A DNA stretch of 63,663 nucleotides, filler included, from Choristocarpus tenellus KU-1152 (lineage: Eukaryota > Protista > Phaeophyceae): NCBI GenBank assembly GCA_964200185.2. It is 12 parts of 12 records of this genome, joined end to end, with 100 filler letters (N's around TTAATTAATTAA, not from the genome) between each part and the next. Parts side by side here need not be neighbours in the genome. Positions count along the whole stretch, not along the records: positions 50,758 to 53,567 come from CAXNAD020024562.1; positions 53,668 to 56,451 come from CAXNAD020024788.1; positions 56,552 to 59,162 come from CAXNAD020026288.1; positions 59,263 to 63,663 come from CAXNAD020014717.1; 8 more parts are not named here. One strand, 5' to 3'. The notes beneath the pieces are model-generated. The model had not been told where the DNA came from and searched no databases. It worked only from the letters and a program-made list of their open reading frames with translations. Positions 51,513 through 63,663 of this stretch are shown piece by piece. The first letter of the stretch is position 1; each line of letters opens with the position of its first letter. Made by a program: the position numbers and the translations under genes.

Positions 51513-52268
51513 GTATTGTGGGGGGAAAAGGTTCGGTGAGGTTTGTCGAGCTAAATCTTAAATTCTGGGGAGGACACGCAAGATGGTGCGAGGTTGAAGA
51601 TAGGCGCATCAAGGGTGAAGATAGGCACATGCATGCCTTGATGCACTGGGCTTGTGAGGTAGCCAGTGAGCCTGCCAGGGAGATTGAAGCTCTGGGAGTT
51701 GCACTAGGAACACTTGCGAGCAAGAGTGTGCCCAAACAGAGGGAGTCCCTAAACTATGATGTCCTGGTTTGGAAATGTGAACGCCTTTGTGTGGTTGCCT
51801 CTTGTGTAACTCCCAGCCTTGTTTCTTCCGGGTTTTTTTATTCCTTTTTGGAAGTCTGGTTTGTGGATGCTACGGATAAGCAGACGGGTGAGGGTGTTGA
51901 TGCCCCCGCAAAAGTGATTTAAGAGATTGATCTCTTTGCAGTCGAGTATTTTTCTTTTCAGTTCTTTCCCATCTTGCCTTTCCCACCCCCTCCTTTTGAT
52001 TTGATGTGTGTCATCGCGGTGCTATGTTGCCCCGTTCGTGTGTTATGCGTGTGTCATGTGTGTGTTATGTGTGTGTTATGTGTGTGTGTGTATTTTTTTT
52101 TAAAGGCGGGGTGTCAGGTGGTCCATCGTCAGAGATAGGGTCGGAGGTAGGTAGAAAAAGGGAGGAGGAGGAGGAGGAGGAGGAGGAGGATGAGGGAGAG
52201 ACACTGGGAGTACCCCACTTCTGGATGCAGTGTATTCTTCACCACGAGGCTTTGCACGACGTGGTCTG
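51513..52268 (+). CDS. Exons of a gene with a nucleosome assembly protein (NAP)-like segment (51513-51766; 52106-52268)
   Basis: Poly-Glu followed by GVPHFWMQCILHHEALHDVV, resembling the NAP GIPxFWLxxxxNH motif; strong acceptors; the phase link between the two exons is unresolved. Confidence 0.55.
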
Positions 52269-53950
52269 GTGAGCTGAAACTTGCCCCTCCCAAGAGTAAT
52301 TTTTGATATCTAGACTCTCTCACAGACGTGTATCAACAGTACCTGTCTTTGAATGTGCCTGAATCCTTGCTCCTATCAAAAAGCCCTAACCCTCAATCCT
52401 ATCACGGGCAGGGTACTGATTGTAAGATTTTCCCACTTTGCTGGAACAGTGTTGATTAATGGTCAACTGTGAAAAAGAAACTGTTGATGGTATGTTCTAT
52501 TGATTGAGTACATATTGTAGGTGGTATATATATATATATATATATGTTTGTGGTATACCTTATAATGTTAAACTGACCGGCTGAAATCGCCAGTACTTGT
52601 TCGACGGAGTTGTCTCGACTTGACCTTGAAAACGTTGGTCAGAGTCTTTCTTTTACTGTATTTTGGTACCCCGATAACAAAGCCCTAACCCTGTGAACTA
52701 ACCCGCAGCAAGCTTGGTGCCTGTGAACTAATAGAATAGTTGAAAATAGAATAATAGTGCAACAACACAAAAAAAAAGATATAGACGGTTTTCTGACCTT
52801 TTCCGTATGTATTTACGCCAAAGATCGCCTATGTCTTGGTTCAAAGGTCGTTCACGACTGAGGTGCACCAAAAAGGTGCTAGTGGGTATCCTGGTAACTG
52901 AAGGGAGAAAACAACGGTTTGTTTTAGACGATCCCTAACCCTATAACCCTATAACCCTAATGCACAAAAAATAAGAAAAAAGGGTGTTTCTATGCTTGTG
53001 TTGCGTGAATGTTGATTGATTGTGGAGGTTACTCAAATTGAGGTCATTGGTTCTCACCTACTAGCTAACATCATTCACCCTAACCCTGTAAAAAAAAGGT
53101 GGGGGGGGGAAGTAGTTCTCCATTGCAGGTGTTCATTTTTATTTTTCTTAAATAAAAGGGTTTGATTTTGTAGTTCATGCACAGGCGTGTGTTTGTTTAT
53201 TTTTGTGACTGCTGACACACACAGAAGTATAGTACTATAGGCTGCTGCTGTTGCATCATTGTACTGGCTCTTTTGAAAGTTATTGAACTTCAACATGTTC
53301 AACTATCTGCGTGTTTTTTGCCCAATTATCTGGCACCGAGCAGGTACAGTGTAGATCAACTTCTTGGCATTGTGTTGGGTAAGACTAGTTTGTTGGCGCC
53401 ACCGTTTGAAGTGACGTAGTTGTTGAATCTGAAGGTGGAGAGTCGAGTGCTGCTGCTGCACCAAATTAGAAGTCTTTTTTTATAACCTCGAAAGTGTCCT
53501 TTTTTTCTGTTACCCAATGGACATTTTAAATCAAACGGATGATGTGTGCATGGGGGGGGAGGGGGGGNNNNNNNNNNNNNNNNNNNNNNNNNNNNNNNNN
53601 NNNNNNNNNNNTTAATTAATTAANNNNNNNNNNNNNNNNNNNNNNNNNNNNNNNNNNNNNNNNNNNNCCCCCAGATATGTTGACCCTGCTGTGTTTATAT
53701 CAAAAGTATGCTCAAAGCACAATTTAGCGTGTGCAGTGTTTTGTCCATTATTGAAGGACTACATACCCAGGCCCCTCATGCTTTTACCCACAGGATACTT
53801 GTACTTGCATGGGAAGGACGGAATATGATGAAGTAAGTTGGATGTGTAACCTGCCTTTGGCAAACTCACTTTCTGTCTCCTCTAGATTTTGCTTGTCACC
53901 AACTTGCACCTCACCAACTCACGCTATTGTTTCCCCACTGTCCGATTAAG

Positions 53951-54318
53951 ATATTGTGCGGAAGATTCTTGGAGTGTTCTCCTGCCTCTCTCCATCCTGC
54001 TGGTGTCATCAAGATGCCTCAAAGGAAGGACATGGCCAAGACCCAGTGCCAGTTGCCACACAAGGTCGCTTTGCTGTGCAGAGAGTGTTCAGCAGGGCTT
54101 TGACCTGTCTCGGGGCACTTGGGAAGAGACTAAGGGGGTTGCTGTGCAAGGAGGGATCCGTCATGGAGGACACCCTCAGCGATGGAATTACGTTGGAAAA
54201 GGACAATTTGGAGCAACCCCTATTGGCGGATGAGCATTCATCGTTGCGTATGTCAAACTTAGAAAGTGTATCGCCTTCTCGCTTTCCTAGAAATGGAAAT
54301 AGCTCAGTTTCAGTGTAG
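53951..54318 (+). CDS. Probable terminal exon of an unknown gene
   Basis: Acceptor ttaag, about 120 open codons to TAG, C-terminal EQPLL dileucine-like motif; no family recognised. Confidence 0.4.
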
Positions 54319-55254
54319 ATAGGTGGGTCAAGACCAAGTGTATAGCATATTGTAAGTACAGGGTTATGAAGTGGAACTATGGCTAGGGGCAGGTTTTTCT
54401 GCACTTTCAATTATTTCTGACTAAATGTGTCTGCATGGCTGCGGGAGATTTTTGTTGTTTTTTCTTTTGTTTATACAATATATAATAATAATAATAATAA
54501 TAATATACAACTAGAACACGTTTAGATAGCAGCATTTATAACACTGGTGATGCTGTGTATTGCTGCAAAGGTTTGCCCAGTTGGAAATGAGTTACTCATG
54601 AGGAACATTGCCATATACCCCCGTGCAGCCCATGGCTGAGCCAAATCCTGGCAAGCAAGCATTACTATTCTTCAGCATTGACTTGGGAGCAGCATGTTTG
54701 TCCTGTCTTTCTGAAGTTACGCACATAACCATTACTATTGCACATGCAAAGGCATGTGCATTGCATCTGATGCATCTAGGGTGCACTATCCCAATGGTGG
54801 TCTGACATTTTCCGTTATACATACATTAGAAGCCACACTAGTGGCCTCTGGAATTGCAAACTTACCATTGCTGTGTGGGAGTTTTATGATCAGCACAGTT
54901 CTGTGGTATATGGGTCATGTCTCTCTTCGACAAACGTTGTTGAGGGACAATGCTAAACACTTTGAAAAGTGATTTCCAATGATTCATACGATTATGTTGC
55001 ACCACATCCATAGCATGAGGAGAGCAGTGTTTGGCTTCTATGTTAGTCCCTTGCATATACTACTGTACCTCTGAAGAGTGCGTCCCTCTATATGATGAAT
55101 GGTTTATCCCACCATCTTCAGATAGATATTTCCATGATGCATGAATTGACAACGTAAATGGCTGCTGTATTTTTGGGCATGGTGTAATATTTGTTGTCTA
55201 AAGGTTCAGAGTTGGCAGTATGGCTGGAGGATTCATTGTCCTTGTTTGATCAGT

Positions 55255-55504
55255 GAGCCAAAGTATCTTAGGGGGCAGAGCCGTCCGTGTCCATTTGGGG
55301 GCCATAATCCAAGTTGGTATTTGGATGTAATTGTGGCTATCGTGTTTGTTAGGAAGTGTCAATATCCTTGTTCCGGACATACTTTTTCATAACATACACA
55401 TTTTACCTACTCCGAAATACTTTGGAGTAGGAAAGTGTCGTAAAAACCAAGTCCCAAATGGACAAACAGGGCATAACTCGTACCCTTTAAGATATTTTCA
55501 CTTC
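55255..55504 (-). mobile_element. MITE family A, full copy
   Basis: Reverse copy flanked by (C)AGT/(C)AGT. Confidence 0.88.
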
Positions 55505-55751
55505 AGTATCTAAACTCTTGGGATTGTGGCTGCACTTTGTATGCTTCGACGATATCTGGGTCGAACAAACGGTTGTTCTTCCTAGGATAGTGGCACTATG
55601 ACCAATAGGCTCCAACTATGCTGGAGAACACTAGTAGTATGTATGTAAGGTCAGAATACAACAGTTACCAGTTGGTAAACCCAGAACTGTTCTTGTATAA
55701 AGAATGGATGGATAGGAAGCAATTCTACAGTATCCATCCGATGTATGAAAC

Positions 55752-55831
55752 GAAATCACCCAAAAACCGCGACATGGAAAAAAATTGGCCCCAAATGGAC
55801 AGCCGCCACCCCCCCCCAGTTACTTTGAGCC
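55752..55831 (-). mobile_element. MITE family B, partial
   Basis: gacatggaaaaaaattggccccaaatggacagcc...tactttgagcc. Confidence 0.8.
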
Positions 55832-56099
55832 TGAGGTCAAGATCTAGAACATTAGCCTCTCAGAAGGCATCAATGCGACCATGAACGAACATTTTCACGC
55901 ATGGTTGCGAGGTCATTCCTAGATGATGAAGATACTGAAGCGTAGTTTAGATGAGCTGGCAACCTCAGAAGTGGGTACTCTAGATTTGTGACCCACAACA
56001 TTTCTTAAGTTGCATGATCCTTCACACACATTTTCCTGAAGGATATTGCACTGTGGCATTACAGAAAAACATCAATTTGGACTTTGAATGCTATCATAA

Positions 56100-56451
56100 G
56101 ATCCAAAGTATCTGGGAGTGAAAGTATCTTAGAGGGTACGAGTTTTGCCCTGTTTGTCCATTTGGGGTTTGGTTTTTCTTGAGGTTTTTATGACATTTTC
56201 CAACTCCAAAATATCTCGGAGTAGGTAAAATGTTAATGTTATGAAAAGGTGTCTTCGGAACAAGGATATTGACACTTCCTGGGTCAACGTATCTGGGGGG
56301 GGTGTCAGCGTCCGTTTTCACCCTTTTTCAATTTTCACTTTTTTGGTGTGATTTGGTCGCACGTGTCGGATTTGAAATGTCAGCGAAAAAAAGAGTAGTT
56401 TGACCGAAACGGACGCCCCCTCACAAGCCACCCACCCCCCCCCCGATACTT
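56100..56451 (+). mobile_element. Nested MITE cluster: B/C-type terminus, then family A 5' part (from 56116), then family C (from 56281)
   Basis: ccaaagtatctgg|GAGTGAAAGTATCTTAGAGGG...gacacttcct|GGGTCAACGTATCTGGGGGGG...cccccgatactt. Confidence 0.8.
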
Positions 56452-57029
56452 NNNNNNNNNNNNNNNNNNNNNNNNNNNNNNNNNNNNNNNNNNNNTTAAT
56501 TAATTAANNNNNNNNNNNNNNNNNNNNNNNNNNNNNNNNNNNNNNNNNNNNACACCCCCCCCCCAGATACTTTGTCCCAATTAGACAATAAATCAAATAT
56601 ATTGCCACACCATTTTTTATGTTATCGTTCACCTCATATGAAAAAAAAAGGGTATGGGTCATCAAAATTAGCTAGAAGACCTAAGAAATATTTTGCATTG
56701 CATAACAAATGCATCAAGCAATGACCAGCAGTAGGTGATGCTGTGTATGAAAAATTGTCAAACAAAAGTAGAAGGAATATTGGCAAACACCCCCTAAGAA
56801 TCAATGTTACCATTGTTATTTTGCAACACACAGTACAATCCATCGACGAAAACAAAAGTGGAAAATCCCATGCATTTTTTTCAGAAATCTGATCCGTAAG
56901 CTCCCATTGTACAGAGGGAGGGTAAGATAACAAGAGGGCTAAGGGCAAAGGAAATATGTACAAGAAAACAAGATTGACAAGAATAGAAAAATATGACATG
57001 GGCAGGGCGAGTGTGAAGGAACTGCACAC

Positions 57030-58950
57030 ACGAGAGTCCAAAATTTCAGGAGTGGAAAAATCCCAGGGTTACGGTGCAAACACGTTCATCACCCTAAACT
57101 TGCCTCCACCGAAGGCATTGCCTTTGCCAAGATAATCTTGTACTATATTACATATTGATCATGTATGTGGGTCCATGGACGGTAGATCCACTACTCCCAC
57201 CGGCACTCTCCAACTCATAGATGCGACTAAACCTTTCTCTCTTCTCGCATAATGATTCTTGGTGGGGCCTGAATTGGTGTTGAATGCAAGTATTTCGTAT
57301 ATTCAGTCGGTCTCTTGGTGCCGTCCTTCACCGCCCTGGACAGACAACTATCAACATACTTCTTTGACTTCCCGTTTCCCTTACTGCTTGTCATTGTCGG
57401 GGGCTTGGTACTAGAGGTATCTTCTCCTATATCTTCCTTTTAGGGTCTCCGTTCATCTGCACCATTGATATCCCCAGATAGATCGTGTGTGGTGTCGAAC
57501 CTGCCTGTCCCCCATCTCAGCTCCAGTGTGGCAAATCCTTCGGGGACTAAATGTCGCCCCCCCTGAAATCAGACCAATCGTGTAAGAGCTACAATGGAAG
57601 CTCGCCATGCCAGAAATCGAAGAAGTGCTCAGCATACACACCATTCATCGCTGTTTGATGCAGCCTGTTGTGGCAGGCGGGAGGTGCCATGGGATAGTCG
57701 GTGCTGCTGGGGTAGACTATGTTGTTTTCTCTAGTTGAGACAACAAAGGCCACATGATATCACATCACTCGTTGTCAGTAGAGCAGAATACAAAGGGACG
57801 CAGGAATCACGAACAAGTGATAGAAATTATGCACCAATACATGAGCCCCAACCCGTGCTTGTGCATACACAGTGATAAAAATGGTACCACATGGAAAGAT
57901 CACTGGGTACGGACCACACACCCGTTAGCTGGCGGGCACAAAAATAACTAGAGAAAATATGACAGAAGTCCGATTCACCCTGTATTCAGGATCTCCTTCC
58001 ACCATGACTGAAGTTCCTGTGCGACCACAATCAAGTCGAGGGAGCCATCTTCCTTAGCGAAAACATTCCTCCACCTTGTTGAAGGTCAAAAATACTCGAG
58101 GCTCAAAGTATCTGGTGGGGGTGGTGGCTGTCTATTTGGGGCCCATTTTTCCATGTCATAATTTTGCGTGATTTGGTTGCATGAGTCGAATGGATAATAT
58201 AAGTGCACTTTTCCTGTTCTGGCCCAAATGGACACCCTGATGTAGACCCCTCTCCCCCCCCCCCCAGATACTTTGAGTCTCGGGGGCATCAAGAGTTCGC
58301 TGGAGGTTGCCTGGAGTATCCCCATCGTGATACTTGGGGTTGCTGGAATCCCCTCCTCGTCAATGGCCCGTAATAGGTCGGTGAACGTCCTCCCACACTT
58401 CGTCCACAAGTTCTGCCTTTGTACTCTTTACTATTGGTCAAGGTCTTCCTGCGAAGCTGCTGGATCGCTGACTACAAGAACTTTGAAGAACTGTTACGAG
58501 AAGAGGATGGCCAACAGACGAGTGGCGTCAAAGGGGACTCACCTAAACCTGATCTTGCAACTGTTGTACTTTCCCTCCGACATAAAACTCCTCGGCTTTT
58601 CTTTCGGGAAGGCACATACAACCATTCCAGATCATCCTCGTTGTAGAGGAGTGACATCCAGGCATCCCTCTTCATCAGCGCACTGTTGACCAAATCTCTG
58701 GTCATTTGAAACAAGTTGCTTATTTCATCCCCCCTTCCACTTCCAAACACGCTGGACCTTAATTTGCTGGACCTCCTGATCGCTCCATCCCGTATCTCCC
58801 TAACCCCCCACAATTTTTATTGAGACACCTGCGTCCTTAAAGGTTCGTTGCCAGTCAAATCAACCAGCCTAGCCTCAGATGTCTCTAACTGCTGCATGAT
58901 GAACCCCACAACGTGGTTTCTGTGCAAATTACCTTGGGAGATAATGCTAT
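57030..58950 (-). mobile_element. Decayed intronless coding remnant, probably retroelement-derived, interrupted by MITE B
   Basis: Chained broken reverse ORFs (58086-58813); no diagnostic motif. Confidence 0.3.
58100..58279 (+). mobile_element. MITE family B, full copy
   Basis: GGCTCAAAGTATCTGG(G)n...(C)nCAGATACTTTGAGTC; flanks TCGA/TCGG. Confidence 0.88.
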
Positions 58951-61900
58951 TTGTTAGTAGTGGAGATAAGAAGGTGTGAAGCCTCACACGACCCCCTTTG
59001 CTGAGTGTGATTACATGGTTGATTAGAAGAGAAGAGTGACCTTGGTGTGGTGTCTTCTCATTGCTTGTTTATTATTTATTTGTGCTTCCTATCTAAGTCA
59101 ACGACTATGTCAAAGTAGTTGAATGCGGAATAAATACCAAAACATAATCCCATACATAATCCNNNNNNNNNNNNNNNNNNNNNNNNNNNNNNNNNNNNNN
59201 NNNNNNTTAATTAATTAANNNNNNNNNNNNNNNNNNNNNNNNNNNNNNNNNNNNNNNNNNNNCCCCCCCTCCCAGATACTTTGGGTCAGAAACAGTTGAC
59301 CCCTTCAATATGTGACATTCCGGTGACACATCTGAAAGGTCATCTAATACAGAGCTCGGTCATGGGCAGGGAGAGTATTCCGACTTCACCGGAAGCTGTG
59401 AACCTATGAGTTACACCTTACTGTTGTCAGAATTCGTTACATATTTCGAAGTACTTCAAAGAGTGAACCGTGCTTAGAATGAGGGGGTGTATGAGGGACG
59501 TTGCAGAAGGAATTTATAAACCCAGTTGACACAATTGACGACATGCATAGTTTTTTCTGGACATTTTTTCTTTCCTGCAACATAACATAATTTACCGCTT
59601 GGTCTTATTGTTTCTTATCTTAGCACGCCTCAACGGTTTCACGTGTGCCAAATTCCACTTCATCAATTGTTGATAAAGAAGCGCTCTTTAGTGGTTACGT
59701 ACACACGACTGTATAAGATTTCTGGAACTACTTGAAGTACTAGTTAGTATCAATGCTCTTGAGTCACCTCTATTATTTGATCGCAGACACTCAAGGTGAA
59801 CTAAAACAACCCTTACTATTTGGAAGTTGTTGAGCTTTTTTTGATGAAGCAGAGAATATCACACAGTAATTCAATTTCTGTTCTCAAGCAACTACTACTC
59901 CCTGCATGCCACTACTGCGTCCTATTTTCCTCTCTCTGAGCGGGTGTGGCTGCATTGCTATCCTGACATCTTCTCGTCTCTTCTCTATCTCCTTCAATAT
60001 TTCACCACTTTCATGGGGGGGGGGGGGGGGGGGGGTTGTGTGTGTTACACCACCTTTTTACTCCATCCATGCTCGTACCTTTTTAGTAGAATCGTATTTC
60101 CCGATCACAACATCAACCACACTTGGAGTTGGCATTTCAAGTATGGTCAGTGTGAAGAGGGCAAAGGATCCAGAGCGAGTGAAATTTATAGAATGTCTTA
60201 GGTGAGTGGATGCCTTTTCAGGGACTAATCGCGAAATGATTATTTGCCTTTCTTTGTGACCTGGTAGGCAATATGACACTTTAGAGAAGGTTAATCATTA
60301 ACAGTATTGTGCTGGAGGGGGAAACGACATTATATCAATGGTTTCGATCACTGTCATTCATCATGACTGCATGCGGACCCTGTGAATTTTATTGCAACAA
60401 TCTACTTAGCAGTGAAGTTGTTTTCCCTTGCCAAGTGACCCCATCCCGACAGCCACACTGGAGGCTGGTGCGTTAGTGACAATTTGTGTTTCGCGATGCA
60501 ACCTGTCGCAAAGTTCTTAGAACCTCCGTTGTGAGACCCCTGAGGTAGATCACTTGTACCTCATGAAGGCATTTGAACTCTGTGAATCTGAGACCGTTGT
60601 ACCTCATGGAAAGAAAGAACCCATTGATTCTTTGGACGTCATGAGGTGCAGTCTAATCTCATCCATCTGGATAGGACATCCCCAAATTGACCTCCCAACT
60701 TCTAGGTGCTGCTGTGCAACGGATAGGAATCATCTGCAGATGAAAAATTGGTAGCTACTTGTGAAACGTCAATATCCTGAGGGGTTTGCTGGTGATGGAG
60801 CAAAGAGCGACATCCAAAATGAATTTTGGATCTCAAGATCAACAGCAGTGGCCTAGAAACCGACTATTAATTCCCACTATGTACTATTAGAGCAGGTCTT
60901 TCAGAAATAATACATGTTTTTCGGAGTATCTCCCAGGATGTTGGTGGAAACGTCAAATCGTTTTTTCTCCAATTTGGCTATATTTACCCTCCTGTCTTAG
61001 ACTGTTGGCCGATAATCGAAAGGTAGTCAAAAGGAGGCAATACCAACTCCTCCAGTGATACTACAGAGCAACGGAATTTATCGGAAAACATTGAGAGAAT
61101 AAAGAAAATGAGCACAAATGAGAATAGAAGGAGTCCAATGTATCTAACAGGGTATGGAACAGAGCCTAGGTGGGTGTAATACAATATAATAAAATACTTT
61201 TGTGGAACAGGTGGAAACAGCCGACAGGTTCTTCGTAATGAAGGGGAGCGGAAAAACCCACAAGAGGACAGATCAAAGAGAGACAAGGTCAAAGAGGGCA
61301 TATGGCTCTCACACTTTGGACTATGTATTACTAGAAAAATAAAATTCCAAGAAAAAAAAGAGAATAAAATCAAGTCCATCCAGACCGAAAAGCAACACTC
61401 ATCACATGCCACACAACAAAGAAAACGAAAGGAAAGGGGGAAAAGAGGGACACAAGAATAATTTGATCAAGAAAGAGCAATGCCATTGCATAGCACCGTT
61501 CGGCAAACAGTGGTGGTGGCGGTTGTGGTTATTTGGGCTTTTACCAGAGTGTGTTGTGCCCACTTACTGCACATATTTTTAACGCCTTGGACAACGTAGC
61601 ACTCGAACACCACTTTATATTATGTTGTGCCCAAATACCCCATATGAGAAGAAAAGGTACGAAACGTAACACTATGTTTTGCCCGTGACACTCCAGTCCA
61701 ACTCATAAGACGTGATACCAAGTTATACAACAATACTATGCAATGCCTGTAGAAAAAACCCTATATGTTATGTGCGGAGTACAGGTCATGTATGTTACAC
61801 AATGTCATGAGGAAGGTGTCATGGTATCCATAGTGTGCAACAATGTTTCGCAAAATGGTTGAACTGAAGAGTGGTGGGAGTTGCATATATTAGCCAGTTC

Positions 61901-62034
61901 ACATCTAGCAATAGCAACAAGAAGAGGAGTTGACCAGCAAAAAGGGAGAAACGTTTGATGCTTTTAACGACTAAGAACAATTTGAATAACTGACTAGATC
62001 GTTTTCCTACAGCAAACGCCTGCACGTTATCTCT

Positions 62035-63190
62035 TTGCCCAATTTAGACTATTTTCACGACATGCGAGTGCGAAAAAATACATCTACTGCTTCTTTAACT
62101 GTTTTGTAATTGCCAATGAGGAGCTACATTCCAATTTTGTTGTTGAAGTAATCATGAGGGGATTTCCTTGCGCTATTCCGACTGATGATACGACCCTCAA
62201 GTGCCGAAAAACGTATCCATTACTTTGCACCTGTTTTGTTACCGGGAAAGGAATATCGTTCCATTGTTTTCTCGCAAGTTTTCGTATTGCGATTTCTTAC
62301 TCAAATCAGACTAGTGACACCACCTGGAGGTGCCAATATATATATATACCCTTTCGTACAATATTGTAACTGCCAAAGTGGAGTTACGTACCAATGTCTT
62401 TTTGGATGACCCCATGTATATAATTGTCCACTAACTAGACTAATTTGCTCAAACCAATCACAACAAAACGACAATCTAAAAAAGCTAAGAACAAAATTCC
62501 CCTTCGGCAATTTCGAAGTTGATAGAATATAGTGTACTCGAAGTATATATTTGGCTCCTGGAGATCCTGTCACTAAATTATGGTAGTCCAATAGAATCAT
62601 GGACTGGTCTATACACGAGGATTTGCGCAAAAATGTTGGAACGTAGCTCCTCTATGGAGTTACTAAGCAGGTGTAAAGCAGTAGATGATATTTTGGCACC
62701 TGCCGGTTGCGTCACTAGTCCAATTGTCAACTGCCACACAAGGACTTGTCCCCAGAAGTGTGGAAAGCAATGGCTCTGCGGCAGTTTCAAAATAGGTACA
62801 AAGTAGTTGATATTTTTTTTGTATCTACAGGTCGTGTCGCAAGTCCAATTGCACAAAAATGTCGCCACATGAGAACTTGCGCAAAAACATTGGAATTTAA
62901 GTCCTCTTTGGCAGTTACAAAACGGGTACAAAGTAGTATATATCCCGGTCCAATTGACTGTTTAACAGCGACACACAAGGACATACGCAGAGACATGGAA
63001 CATAACTCCACCTTCGCAGTTTCAAACAGGTACAAGCGAGTACAGATACTGTCTTGGGACTTTGATGGTTGTCCCACGAGTCTAAGTTGCACAAAGAGAT
63101 AATATCGCTGCGTGAAGACTAGCGCAAAAACATGGGAACGTAGGTAATCTTTTTGGGGTTACAAAGCAGATACAAGGTAGTAGCAGTTGA
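62035..63190. repeat. Diverged ~110-135-bp repeat array in two opposed orientations
   Basis: Units like cgcaaaaa..tggaa..ctcc..ggcagttacaaaacaggtacaaagtag..agtccaatt lie on + at about 62500-63190 and as reverse complements at about 62035-62420. Confidence 0.75.
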
Positions 63191-63532
63191 GACTCTTTCT
63201 ATTTCTAGGCGTGAAATAGCTTGTTGGAATGTGGGGAATCAAACCTTTCTCATCTGAACCTGCACTCTCGGTGATTCAACAACACAACCCTTTCTGTTAA
63301 TAGTAGCACACCAATAATTGCGTCACCTTTCAGTTTTTGTCGTTCATGCATCTGACGTGACGAGATATGTTACTAGTTCATTGTTGGGTGAGTGAAGTGG
63401 TACAATGTCGGTGGGCCATGAGAAAAGGAGAGTCGAAATACCAATGGATGTGTATGTGGTGAGGGGTGTGACTAGCAGATACCTAGTCTGTGTATTACCA
63501 AATATAGGGGAGGGAATAGTCCACGTGGTATA

Positions 63533-63663
63533 GAAGGCAAGAATATATTCACCAGAACACAGCTGGGTGAAGAGCTGCAGGCCTCTTACACGGAGGTTCC
63601 AGTATACTACAAGACCCTGCGGAACGAGGGCAACTTTAAGGGACTCCTTCGTGGTCGCGTCAA
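63533..63663 (+). mobile_element. Second copy (fragment) of the Sola-like transposase
   Basis: Closely similar to 38686-38816 (agaacacagctgggtgaagagctgcaggcc...cgtcaa). Confidence 0.88.

Noticed and set aside
17942-59262. Recurring TTAATTAATTAA palindrome between N-runs as a biological repeat
   Set aside because: It is an identical 100-nt six-frame-stop linker, an artefact of contig concatenation. Gene neighbourhoods across it are meaningless.
1-63663. rRNA or tRNA genes
   Set aside because: None recognised by eye; tRNAscan-SE or Infernal would be needed to exclude them.

Overview
Eukaryotic, intron-rich draft genome DNA, not prokaryotic. It is probably a stramenopile, most likely a brown alga; this is inferred from gene style, interstitial TTAGGG tracts and transposon content. 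The window holds 12 separate contigs joined by 11 artificial 100-nt linkers (44 N + TTAATTAATTAA + 44 N), so adjacency across linkers has no biological meaning. The main signal is in contig 1: a + strand gene with at least 13 exons (4605-17503). Each exon is 117-129 nt, phase 0 at both ends, and encodes exactly one ~40-aa ankyrin-like repeat. The exons follow an (A-B-C)n higher-order pattern, the introns are homologous to each other, and one exon looks chimeric. This is the same modular layout as the exon-shuffled LRR-ROCO and NB-ARC-TPR candidate immune genes of Ectocarpus, here on an ankyrin-like scaffold. Contig 1 also carries a decayed, intronless, tightly packed run of phage-like genes (341-837). 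Other contigs hold partial spliced genes: a PARP-type zinc finger protein, a Swt1-like PIN nuclease, a CAT/APC amino-acid transporter, a choline-transporter-like protein and a NAP-like exon. Mobile DNA includes a degenerate spliced Sola-like transposase, Copia and LINE remnants, a nested solo-LTR-like insert and three related MITE families whose poly-G/C ends sit at many contig breaks. All family assignments come from motif recognition by eye; no database searches were run.
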